Below are positions 1 to 11,293 of a stretch of 41,819 bases of DNA, one piece after another. How positions within the stretch are numbered: position 1 is the stretch's first letter; every line of letters begins with the position of its first letter. A model generated the notes under the pieces. The model was not told the origin of the DNA, searched no databases, and saw only the letters and a list, made by a program, of their open reading frames with translations. A program made the translations under genes and the position numbers. The DNA is from Selaginella moellendorffii (lineage: Eukaryota; Plantae; Lycopodiophyta), in contig NW_003314396.1 in assembly GCF_000143415.4 (NCBI RefSeq), positions 317,069 to 358,887 on the forward strand. Reading direction: 5' to 3'.

Positions 1-521
1 AGGTGGAAGGATTGAAAAGGAAACTCACAAGAAAGTTTGCTCCACAGCAGCTTTGATCCTGCCCGGCTGGCAGGTACAATGGAAATACATGAAGACAGAG
101 GAAGAACTTTGGTTTGTTCATTTTCAATTCTCCCAGATTGGAGAGTGCTGCTATATCCTTACTGCCCACCTCACATCACCAAATCAATGGTATGGCTTTG
201 CTCTTTGTTACTCATCACTCTTTGGTATGATCTTCTCTCTTCTTTTATTATTTCTTGTGTCAGGAGTGTAAGAAGGTTCTCCTCCCTGAAAAACAATACT
301 TTTGATTTTTCAAAGAATCTCAAGCTACTGGCAGTTCCATTGTTTGAGCTCTACAACAATGTACAGGTAAAAGAAGAAACACTTAATGATTGACACTCCT
401 TTTCTTGTTTGCTTGTTTTGAGTTGCTGATGTGAGAATCGTTACTGCAGAGATATGGCCCTGTGATCTCCACCATCCCCTAGCATCTTTCAAGGTTCATC
501 TTCAATGCCATTAACGGCTGA
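1..521 (+). pseudogene. Cleavage factor Im 25 kDa (CFIm25/NUDT21-like) pseudogene, 3' part, intron-containing
   Basis: Exons translate to EVEGLKRKLT.. / IGEC..YPYCPPHITK / ECKK..LPEKQYF..KNLKLLAVPLFELYNNVQ / RYGPVISTIP*HLSRFIFN, matching the C-terminal half of plant CFIm25. It has an internal deletion (WWRPNF segment missing), frameshifts and a TAG. Confidence 0.9.
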
Positions 522-1339
522 ACTCTGCCAATCTGGGTAAATTTTTTTCTTCTTTTTTCTCCGTTTTGTAAAACTATTAACTTACTATGAATGGCTCCTT
601 TTGTTTCAAAAGTTTTTCTTTTATATATAGAGACAACTACAACCCCCCCATCAAAAGCTCTTATCAACACTTATCAAGAGCTCAATAGAACGGCCTCAGT
701 ATGTACCAAGAAGAGTTGAGTATTAGTGAATGGAGAAAGAGCCTTTTAGTTTTCTTGTCAAAACTGTAATCAGTACTATCTTGTCTTACCTTGATAAAAG
801 CACGATCTCGGCTCGTGAAGGAATCAGTAAAACTCTTCTTCAAAAGCAACGAGACCTGGACGGGATATGCGTCATTAGAAGCACGGATGATACAACAAGC
901 CGGAGAGACTTACTCGGTCATTATTAGATTGAATGTTTGTGATCGTGTTAGCACGTACATCCGCGCATAGCGATTCTTAATAGCTTCTAAGAGTCTTCAA
1001 AAAGCCATCCGCTGCCTGTGCCTGTAATGCCGAAACAATCTCTCATTTAGTCGCACCAACCGGAGCAAACTACCTGTGATTCCGTGTACTTGTGGTCTGG
1101 ATGTCTCTTTGCCTTAAAGTCTACAACCGCGAGCTCGGAGTGGTATGTTACCAGCTCTCTCTGTCTCGGTAACTGAGGCAAGTAAGAAATTGTCACCTGC
1201 GAAGGAAGCTTTCAGCTGGTCATGCGATTGCTAATGGTTTTTCCTTCTCTTGCAGTAGAAGGGCCACGAGAGACTTCTTGCTTCATTGCCGTGGCCAAGG
1301 CTTATGATAGGGGAACTCGCGGGCGATCAAAGAGGAGCC

Positions 1340-1950
1340 GCTCTCTCGCTAACACGCTGCTGGATATGTATGCCAGATGCGGGTGCAGGGATCGTGCTCA
1401 CGAGATTTTTGATGGATTGGGTCTTCTGCTTGACAGTGCTAATCCTTGGATACGACCAGAACAAAGACAAGTTCGTCCGTGGGAAGTGGGTGAAGCTCTG
1501 GTGTCTGGAGGAGGGAAAACTTCTCCATGAGTTGGTCTTGAGGAATGGTCTCGAGGAGGATATCGGCTGAGAAGGTATGGCTCCTGATTCTAGGACTTTC
1601 ATTGTGTGGGTAAAAACATGCACTTTTTTTCCAGGCAGCAAGTCTTCGGCCTTGAGGATTGGAGCGAGAATTTATTCATAGCTCATGGAGAGTGAATACA
1701 AGCGTGATATTTTGGTAGCAAGCACTATCATGAACATGTTTGCAAAGTGTGGGAGCATGGCCAGAGCATAGGATCCGTTCAACAAGATTGCGAAACCTTG
1801 CCTTTTGTCTTGGAACTCAATCATGATGGAGGTGTCGAAGGTAAGCGTGCTCTTGAGTTTTCCTATCAAATAGATGGAGGACTGACACTGGATGCTCATA
1901 GTTTTGTAACAGCTCTCAAAGCTTCCCCAAACTTGGCAACTGCTGCAACA
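1340..1950 (+). pseudogene. PLS-class PPR protein remnant
   Basis: Fragments SLANTLLDMYARCG..AHEIFD, EGMAPDSRTF, VASTIMNMFAKCGSMARA*, SWNSIM and DAHSFVTALKA occur in shifting frames with stops. Confidence 0.8.
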
Positions 1951-2264
1951 AAAAAAGAGGTATCTGACGATGCTACGTTGCTTCTATGCATGGAAACATA
2001 TCAGAGAAAAATACACAAAGAGTGAGAAAAAAATAACAAATAGCGAACAGAAAAATCAGCCAAATACTACCTTGTGTTTCTTTCAGCTGGATTTATCATA
2101 AGAGAATTGTAAACCGGAATGTTGAGCCCGAGGCCTCAGAGATGGGCGTCGTCACTAGCACGATTGGACAGACTATCACAAGTTTAAACATATCACATGA
2201 CACACCAGTGAGAATCATTTCTTAGCCATTTAACGTTGAAGATTTTAGGGCTTATTTACAGCCA

Positions 2265-5200
2265 ATGGCAGACGCTTTTGAGAGTCGCATCGATATTTTC
2301 TTGCGAATGCGGCCTATAGAAAAGAACTTGGCTTCGTACGAGGTGGACCATGATGACGGCAGGGTTAATTGGGTTGTTCCCAGGCAAGCTGCCACTGGAA
2401 TGGTAAATCATCAGCGCGAGCGCTACAGCTTTACTTTCACTGGCATTTTGGATACGGATTGTAAGCAAGATTTGGTATTCGAAACTGTTGCTAGAAAGGT
2501 AAATCAGTTGCAGTTTAGCCACAGAAGTAGGCAAGTTGTCTTTGGGTTAGCAGCTCTTTCTATTAGAATCTGGAATGAAAACAGGCATGTTGGCCACAGG
2601 TGGTGCTTGGTGCCTTGGATGGTTTCAATGGCACAATATTTGCATACGGCCAGACCGGTTCAGGCAAGACTTATACAATCACCGGCGGGACTGAACGTTA
2701 CGTTGATCGAGGAATTATTCCACGCGCAATTTCTCTTATTTATAGCGAGCTCGCAAACAGGAGTGATAATTGTTTCAGCATCCATTTCTCGTATATGGAG
2801 ATTTATAATGAAACTGGCTATGACTTGCTTAACCCCGATCATGAAACAAAGTCATTGGAAGATCTTCCTAAGGTCCATTGCATAACTATTGTTTACCAGG
2901 CTTACTTGGTTTTTTAAGGTTGTCTTGCTGGAAGATGATGACACCCGTATTCATCTGCGAAACCTTTCCGCTCACCTTGCAATGTACGTTTTTGGACATA
3001 GCTATTCATGATATTCTTCTTACATTCTTAACAATTTAGGAATGAAGAGGAAGCCCTCAACCTGCTGTTCATGGGTGATACGAACAGAATGATCAGCTCG
3101 ACACCAATGAACATGGCCAGTAGTCGCTCGCACTGTATTTTTACAGCGTGCATTGAAGCTCGAAAGACTGGTGAAGATGTTGTGAGAAAATCTAAGCTAC
3201 ATCTTGTTGATCTTGCTGGATCAGAACGAGTCAGTAAGACAGGAGTTGATGGTCAGGTAAGTCATCCCAGACGAATTATCTCACTAAACCTTGTTCATTT
3301 CTGTACAGATTTTAAGAGAGGCAAAGTATATTAACCTTTCTCTTCATTTCCTGGAGCAGGTATATTTTACTTTTAAGGTCAGATATATTTGACGTCAATT
3401 ATGTAGGTTATTATAGCATTGCAAGAAAAAAGCCAGGGAAAGTCTAGAACACATATTCCGTATAGAAACTCGATGATGACATCAGTTCTTAGAGATTCTA
3501 TAGGAGGAAATTGTCGAACGGTAAAATGGACTCCTTTCTTTTTGGACATACAGTTTTGCAGGTTATGATAGCCAATGTATCAATTGCGCAAGAGCAATTG
3601 GAGGAAACAATTTCGACTTGCCGCTTTGCACAACGAGTTGCCATGGTCTCAAACCAGGTGAGAAAAGTTGTCTGTACTTTGTGTTGACGATGAATACAGG
3701 TCATGTTGAACGAGGAAGTGGATCCCAATATCGTCATTAAAAGATTGAAACAAGAGGTTAAAGATCTTAAAGTAAGATAAAAAGACTGTTTGTAATAACG
3801 TTAAACAGGAACTGTCTTACTTTTCACAGGCTGAAGTAATGTTTCTAAGGGGTGAGGATGTTGATCGAGGGCCACTGACAGACGGAGAAATTGCTATGGT
3901 GAAAAATCAAGTTAATGCTTATGTGTATGACCTCTCGCCTGAAGCATCATTCAACTGTGGAGGTGTTCATACTTCACATGGTCATTTCAATATTTAATAT
4001 TGACTTCAGGAAACATGCTACATATTCGAGCTGCATTTCAAGCTTTTAAAGAGCTTGCAACAGCTGGAGTTGCCGCAAAGAGGTGTTCTAATTTACAAGG
4101 CAATGGCGCACATATGGAAATGAGTGGTGGTTCGCCCCTTCATGAAACTATCCAGAATCTTAATCGTCAGGTTAATCTAACAAATTTTCATTTTCATTTT
4201 AAAAGATATCTTATATCCAGTTGCAACAACGAGAAAACGAGATTAACATTTTAGTTTCCTTCATAAGAAAGCGGGAAGCTGGCATTACGCGGGCAAATGC
4301 ATGGACACAAGTTGATTCTATCCAGCTTTCAGGGCGGACAGATAGTAGAGATTCGGGATTTACACTGGATGGTACAGAGGATGGAATGATCCCTAGCAAC
4401 ACCTCCTCGAGGGTAGCAAGCTCCATGGATTCGAGAGACAATAGTAGCCTGTCTAGTTTTGCCAGTGATCGGAGACAAGCTTTTGATCTGTGAGCACTCT
4501 TTTTCTGAAAGTTAAACTGGCGCTCTTTATGTGTAGATTTTGGAGAAACTATCCAAGCATGGATGCTATTGAAGAAAACAAAGCACTTTTAAGAAAGAAG
4601 TACGGTGAAGCTAAGTTATTGGGCGAGGGGGCCAACAAAGCCCGTGAGGTATTTAACCTTTATTGAAGTGTATTAGAGGTTTGCCTTTTTCTTGGTTTAG
4701 ATGATAAATGGTCTCAAAGTCAAGATTGAAAAACGTAGAGTTGAACGTGCAATGGAAGACCTCGTACATGGGAAAACTAGTATTTTACATGTCGATGTTG
4801 AAGAAGAAAACCTTATTTTACAAATTGAAAACGAAAAGGTATATAATTTAGCTGACACCAGGGTACTTTAAGTTGTTATGAAGCAGAAAACATATAAGGA
4901 TGGGTTTAGCAAGCTGCGTGACCTGAAAAGAGAAATTGAGCATCTTCACTTGATTCTTGAACAGAGCCGAAGTAAAGTCCAGGCGAGTTTCCTAAGCATT
5001 ACATTGTTTGAACTTAATTAATGTGGTCCTAACAGGCTGATTTTGAAAAGTGGTTCAGTGCAATGTGTCGTGATCAGCAGTCTTCTGCACCATCTCCTAT
5101 CTCTTTGACGTCTGCTTCTGATTTATCAACAATAGATACATACCAAACTGAGAAAAATCGGTCGTTTAGAAGCACACCGGAGACGAGTGAATATTATTCA

Positions 5201-5500
5201 AGTGTAACTAAAAATGCTCCTGCGGTTATTGACTATCTACACGGCTTGGAGGCTGACATTGAAAAACCGCTACGCTCTGGTAATGTCTTTAAAAACAGTA
5301 ACGTCATCTTTCTTCTCCTATTCCGTTCAGGGAGATCCAGAAACTCACACGGCCGAGCCAATGGAAATGAATCAATTATGCGTACAGGGAATGAGAGCAC
5401 TGATGCTGATATCAAAGCATTTTATAAAGCCAGGTCTGAGATTATGAAGCTTAAACAGCAACAACAGCAAAGACAATGTAACAATCTATTACATGACTAA
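2265..5500 (+). CDS. KIF6: Kinesin-9 family motor (KIF6-like), multi-exon, apparently intact
   Basis: Spliced exons give P-loop GQTGSGKT, switch I NMASSRSH, switch [34 protein letters not shown], a coiled-coil stalk and a KIF6-type C-terminus [17 protein letters not shown]. Most introns are ~45-60 bp GT-AG, with one GC-AG intron (4983-5035). Confidence 0.9.
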
Positions 5501-6179
5501 AATAAAAACACGTCAGGAAAGAATGAGGAAATTTATTCCACTAAATCACTATTATAAAGAAAAAGTATTGAAAAACTGTATGATTCCTTATGTTGCTTAG
5601 CATTTTTCGGGAATGGAGCCCTCTAAGGTTTCTTTGTCTCTAAGAGCTTATTGCTCGTCTTGTGTTTCAAGGTTTGCCCACTGTGAGGAGGTTAATGGGA
5701 CCAGAGAAAACTAAATTGCACTGCATGCATGTAGGAGTAGCATCCCTTGCTCCTGTGAGTGGGCTGTAAACACACGTGTATATACACATAAACCCTAGAC
5801 CTGCTCCAGTTCCAGAAGAAGACCCATCCCTCCCAAGGGTGGTGACTTGCTGGATGGAACCTTGGCTTGGTTTCTTCATGGCTGCAGTAGCAAGGTCTAC
5901 GAAACTGATCCGGTTTGGCTATGCCTTTTGTTTGCTTTCTGTAAGTGTGTACCTCTAGCTCGGCTTGGCGCATCTGTTTTCTTCCTCTTTTCTCAAGACC
6001 AATTTGAGACACGAAATCACAGACATCATGTACGGTCATGTATGATTGAAAACCCAGCAGTATCAAAAAGCTCTATAAACTAAACTATAAGGATTCAAGT
6101 GATCACAAAAGGAAAAGAAAGAGTACACATTTCTCAGTGGACACCGGGGAGAGAGCAGCAAACTGGACAAGAGTTCTTT

Positions 6180-6963
6180 TTACATTGTAGGCACAGGCCG
6201 GTTTTCTTGAAGACTCGTAGAAGCTATTTAGAATCACTATACGCAGATGTAGGCACTCACATGGTCATAAAAGTTTAATCTAAAAATGAGCACAAGAATC
6301 ACAATTTTAAAAATTAAAAGAAAAATATAAGCTTTTTCTCCTGGTGGTAATTCTCAGATGTTCGCTGATACTCAACTCTTCTTGGTACATACTGAGGCCG
6401 TTCTATTGAACTTTTGATAACTGTACATTGGCAGGTTTGTTTTTTTCTCTTTCTCTTTTGATTCCATCACACTTTAATACAGCTGTGAGAGTGTATCTAA
6501 ATATCAACGACAAAACGTTTGAAACAATAAAGATCCACTCATATTAAGTTAATAGAGAAAAATATGAAAAAATAAGAAAAATAAAAAGAAAGAATGGAAC
6601 TGCCAGTAGTATGAAATTCTCTGGAACAACAAAGTATTGTCTTTCAGGGAGGAGAACCACACAGAACTTCTTACACTCCTGACATGAGAAATAATATTAG
6701 AAAAGAGAAGATTGTACCAAAGAGTTATGAATAACGAAAAACAAAAATCGATACCTTTGGTTTGGTGATGTGAGGAGGGCAGTAAGAATACGTCAGCCTC
6801 CTGTACTAAACCGCCACAAACTCCTCAAACTGGAAGAAATGGAAACAAACAAAACCAAACTTCTTTCTTTATATCTTTGTGTATTTCCATCATACCTGTC
6901 AACTGGGCTGGATTGAAGCTAGGAACCTTGCTCATGAGCTTCCTCTTCAATCCTTCCACCTCT
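6180..6963 (-). repeat. Right arm of a diverged inverted duplication (left arm 1-~1030)
   Basis: 6361-6410 is the reverse complement of ~680-730 (GAACGGCCTCAGTATGTACCAAGAAGAGTTGAGTA). 6181-6250 matches ~955-1030 and 6940-6961 matches 1-23. Confidence 0.85.
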
Positions 6964-7030
6964 GAAAGAAATTGTTTTTTACCTTCTTTCTCCAGACTGG
7001 AGTCTTCATGAAGCTTGAAAAACGTATTCC
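6590..7030 (-). pseudogene. Second CFIm25 pseudogene copy, inverted relative to the first
   Basis: Minus strand reads NTFFKL..EVEGLKRKLMSK / YSYCPPHITKPK / ECKKF..LPERQYFVVPENFILLAVPF and is reverse-complement similar to 1-350. Confidence 0.85.
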
Positions 7031-7419
7031 TTTGCTTGTACACCACAAGATCTTTTTCCCTGTCCCTCGCACCAACCTCCTCACCGATGTATGTACATGT
7101 GACCGTTCATACTGGTGGAGAATTCTTGCCCAGCCTTGAGTGCATCTCACTAGTGATGCTGCTACTGCTGCCATGATTCTTCCGACTTACCTGTAGCATG
7201 AAATCGGTTCTATACTTAGGACTTCCAGACAGCTGTTAATATACTACAATTAAAAGCTGTGACAGAGAAACATACCCCAACCGAAGAACTTCAGCTCTGA
7301 TAGCAAAACATAAAAAGCACGATGATTTCCTGTATCCCAAAATATTCACTGACTTTCTCTGAAACAAATAGAGGTCCCACTCTGTAATCACGAAGAAAAG
7401 ATGGCTGTAAAAGCTGCAA

Positions 7420-9200
7420 ACATCCTAAAAATCCTAAAATATAATGATGTTAAACAATATAGATTTAAAACTCACTACAACTACATACATCTTGTAAATT
7501 TACAAAATAAAACATTTTTATAGTGTTGTATTTTATTTTAATAACTTATAATAATGTAGAGATTTATCTTTGATATTACCATTTATCCTAATATTTATAT
7601 TCATGCATTTTAATATTAATATTTAAAATTAGAAGTATTCTATCTTTTATCATAAACATTCTTTATGTATATATTTTTATATAGACAGAATTATAATTTT
7701 AAATAATATTATTATCTATATATATTAATGTAATTATAATTCAATAATTTGAGCCTGCTCCTCAGCCCTTTTCAGCACCATGGCTAGATGCTTCGCCTTC
7801 TACCTTTTAGGCAAAACTTTAATTCTTCCTAAAACAAAACCATCAAGGCACATTCTGAGCTCTAGTCATTGACTCTCAGTTCTTGCTCCTTTTCATTTTG
7901 TTTCTGCCAGAACATGTGCAAGAGCACGAAGCTTGGTGTTGAGCCATGGATATCCTTGAACGTCAACTGTAGGTAAGAGTATCGTACAATGCAATAAATT
8001 AGACTAAAATAAATAAAACTTTTGTCCATAAAATTAAAGTGTCACTACACCAGATATTCTGGCAATGGCTGCAGAAACATCATCATATCTAGGGGGAAGA
8101 AAATAGAAGAAATACAATATGGGGTTTCTCAAATTCTCGTTCACAGCTAATCTATATGCAATTGCAAGATCTCAACACCTGCAGGGAAGGGAAAAAATTG
8201 AGAAGACAGAGAGAGATGTCAATACTTTATGGATCAATGTGGTCAATAACTGATAAAAACAAAATCATTTTACACAAGAAATAGCAAGAACTATTAATTC
8301 CTCTATTTTAAATTAGAATATATCATATTTTTATAGACACTATTTGCTCTATTTATTCTAATTTAAAAGAATTTTATATTTTCTTAAATAAATTGAGTAT
8401 TTTTTAAAATTTATTTAAAAAATTCTCTATAAATAAAAAGTAATTTTGTTTTAGTAATTTAGTAATTTTTTGTATATTTGTATTTGAAATCCTCTCCCTT
8501 CATAATATTTATATTTATACTTTTTTGAGTAGTAATGAAAATTTAGAGTATTATATTATATATCATTACAATTCTTTCAGAATATATATTTTTTTGAATT
8601 AAGATTAATATCTCTATGTTTTATTTAATTTTATTTAAATTTCTAGCATTATAAGAATGTTATTGAGGCTAAAATCTTTCAATAAAAGATAAGGTTTTAC
8701 TCTGATATTAGGGTATTGATGAAACAAAATATTTTTTTTAAACCATAACATATTGGAAAAATTAAGAATGGTTCATATATTTATTTAATAATAATAAAAG
8801 TTTTAGTGATAATGAATGACATTTTTTTAGATGGTAGCCTTTTGTATTGTGTCTAATGTTGTCTCAATCATATTTTTACCTTTACATCAATATAAGTTTT
8901 TATATGTTTTTCATGTTTGAATGACCAAATTATTAGTCTTAAAAACAGTATTATAACTTTATGGTATCACACAAATCTTACAGTATATCTGAGGTAACTG
9001 AATACTCAATGTGATTAGATTCATTGATGAATATGTAATAATTATCATAAGGTTATTTTCAAAAATATAACTAATTTACAAGTTAAAATAGCTGGAGCTA
9101 TTCAACTCTTCTATTTTAACTTATGAAATATTTCATGTTCTATAGTCTGTACTTATTTAATTTAACATTATAGTATATTTTTTATGTGTCTGCTATATAC
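7420..9200 (-). mobile_element. Degenerate AT-rich copy of the local Helitron-family internal sequence
   Basis: Blocks shared with 11700-11990, 28120-29030 and 38940-39800, for example TTGAGGCTAAAATCTTTCAAT and GATGGTAGCCTTTT..GTCTAATGTTG. Confidence 0.6.
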
Positions 9201-10209
9201 CATCTTTATACAACAAAATTACTTTTAATTTTATAAATGAAGAATGATGATGCTGAGATTCCAGCTCTGCTGGAAATTATAGATTAAAATAAATATCAAA
9301 AAATTCCAAATGAAAATTTAATTATATTTTAGTGATTTTTTAGATATTACAATAATTCTTTAAATGAATATTTTTTAAAATTTTATGGTATAGTTTTAAA
9401 AATCTATATGAGTAATGGAGAGGGTAGTTTTTGGAATAATGTTTAGTGCTAAAAAGTTTAAAGCATTTTAAGAGCATAAGAATAAGTCTAATACTATTTA
9501 AAACTTTTTATAAGAAATAAGAAAACAGAGGATACCAATAATTATTAATTAAAAGTTACTCTTTTATATTTTTTATTTGCAGAGATTATATTGAGTCTAT
9601 GCATGAAATGGAAGCCCACTTTCATTCAAGCATAAAGCAATTTTTAATTATAGTGTAAAGTTTGTGTGTATTTAGAGGAAAAATGTGCTCCACCAAGGAG
9701 AATAACATCAATTTACAGGTAAAGAGTATATTTGTTCTGAAAGAGTAGGATTATTTTGGTTTACCCATTATCAGAGAAATTAAAGTAGGTTCTGATTTAC
9801 TAGGAATGTGGTTTAGCTTTTAAAGTTTCTACAGATAGGTGATTGTCCATTACATTTCATAAAAGGGCTTTTGGAAACATTGAGTGAAAGTGACGTCCTC
9901 TTGACATGATAATAGTTTGATGTTTCTTTCTGGAGCCTCCTATAAGGAACTCTCAGCTTATCCGAACCTAATACTTATGTTAGCACTTGAGCTCTTAATG
10001 TTTCTAGAGGATTCTCATGCAACTAAATTCAACAGGTGGTAAAGATCATATGGAGAAATGGCTGTATACCTTTAGATCAGTGATAGACCTTGCTATGATA
10101 ATAATCCATGTCATCATTGACATGTTTGGTCCTTCTTCTTGTGGTGCTGCATCGATCTCAACCCAGTGAGAGTTCCTTTGCCACCAGCGGCAGTGGCAGT
10201 GGTGATGAT

Positions 10210-10430
10210 GTAGGGGACTTGCTGCACCAGCATGTATAGCACCATGGACATGAAGTATCACGCAGCTGGTGACAATGTTGATGATTTACCTAGGAGTGAA
10301 GAGGATGGTGTTGTGGTGTAGGGTTTGTTGTACTCATCCACCACCGTCATGCTGTGGTTGGCTATGGAAAAGAAGAGTTCCATGTTGAGAGGTGGAGGAG
10401 GTATCTCTTGGTGGCATACTCCTTTCGCAG
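10210..10430 (-). pseudogene. Laccase (multicopper oxidase domain 2) fragment
   Basis: KRYLL..LNMELFFSIANHSMTVV..YNKPYTT..YFMS resembles laccase [31 protein letters not shown].YTKP, with deletions and frameshifts. Confidence 0.75.
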
Positions 10431-10464
10431 GTCGATAAACTAACAGTTAGTTTATGGGTTTAGT

Positions 10465-11060
10465 TTGGTCCTTTTGCAATCTCCTCAGTGCCGCCTTCTT
10501 GGCTACATGCATCTCAAATCATCGCTCTCAGTTGCTTCAACAAGGCATTTGTAAAGATGAGGCCACCAGACAGGTCTTTGGGAATTGCGGCATTTTCAAT
10601 GTACTCGACCTGTGGCATGCCAGTAAGCTGGAAATCAACGACAAGGGGAGAATACTAACTTACTTGATGCATGTAAAGTGTGACTGCGATGTTGATCTGA
10701 TTCAAGGCAGTCTGCTTCTATTTCTGAAACTCCCGCTCATGTTTGATTGTCTCGAGAGCAACGTCTATTCCTTTTTTCTTCTTCAACTTCGTCTCTTTCT
10801 CTCTTTGCATGCCTGTGGCACACTGATGTTAGCAAAGAGAAAGATCTTACTTTCTAGAAGTTTCACGTTCTCCACGAGGGCTTCGTAGACGTCAAGACAT
10901 CTTTCACGTAGAGCAAGAACGCTTGCATACAGGGACTCCTCACATCCACTGGGACATACTTTGGGTGTCTGAAAAAGAACTCACCATATTTTGGTCCATT
11001 GCATGCACTTCAAAATCTTCATCAGAGCCTTCTTCTTCCAAATCTGATCCTCTTCTGAAT
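10465..11060 (-). pseudogene. CFAP44/WDR52-like (flagellar protein) C-terminal coiled-coil fragment
   Basis: An acidic tract is followed by VCPSGCEESLYASVLALRERCLDVYEALVE / EFQK*KQTALNQINIAVTLYMHQ / VEYIENAAIPKDLSGGLIFTNALLKQLR. Short introns are retained, and there are stops and frameshifts. Confidence 0.8.
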
Positions 11061-11155
11061 CCAATTCTTCACCAGAATGAAAAGCTGAGGAATAAAACAC
11101 TACTGGTACAGAGCAAAGAGTCATTGACGTGCAAATGCTCAGATTTGGAAGTCAT

Positions 11156-11178
11156 ACACACACACACACACACACACA
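11156..11178 (+). repeat. (CA)n microsatellite
   Basis: Directly visible. Confidence 0.95.
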
Positions 11179-11266
11179 TAAAAGTCATGACTCTCCATTA
11201 TTTAATCTCAATCGTTAGATTTTGGCATATGCCCAGAATAAGCGTCCCTAGTATATATCATTATTA

Positions 11267-11293
11267 CTAGCAAACATCCCAGCTATGCTGGGA
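11267..11293 (-). mobile_element. Helitron 3' terminus (copy 1)
   Basis: Minus strand reads TCCCAGC-ATA-GCTGGGA hairpin, short spacer, then CTAG|T. Confidence 0.8.

Noticed and set aside
5667-6083. Overlapping small ORFs downstream of KIF6
   Set aside because: No recognisable domain on either strand.
1-6963. Inverted arms interpreted as terminal inverted repeats of a Pack-MULE carrying KIF6
   Set aside because: The arms are CFIm25-derived and substantially diverged, and the left end and any TSD lie outside the window.
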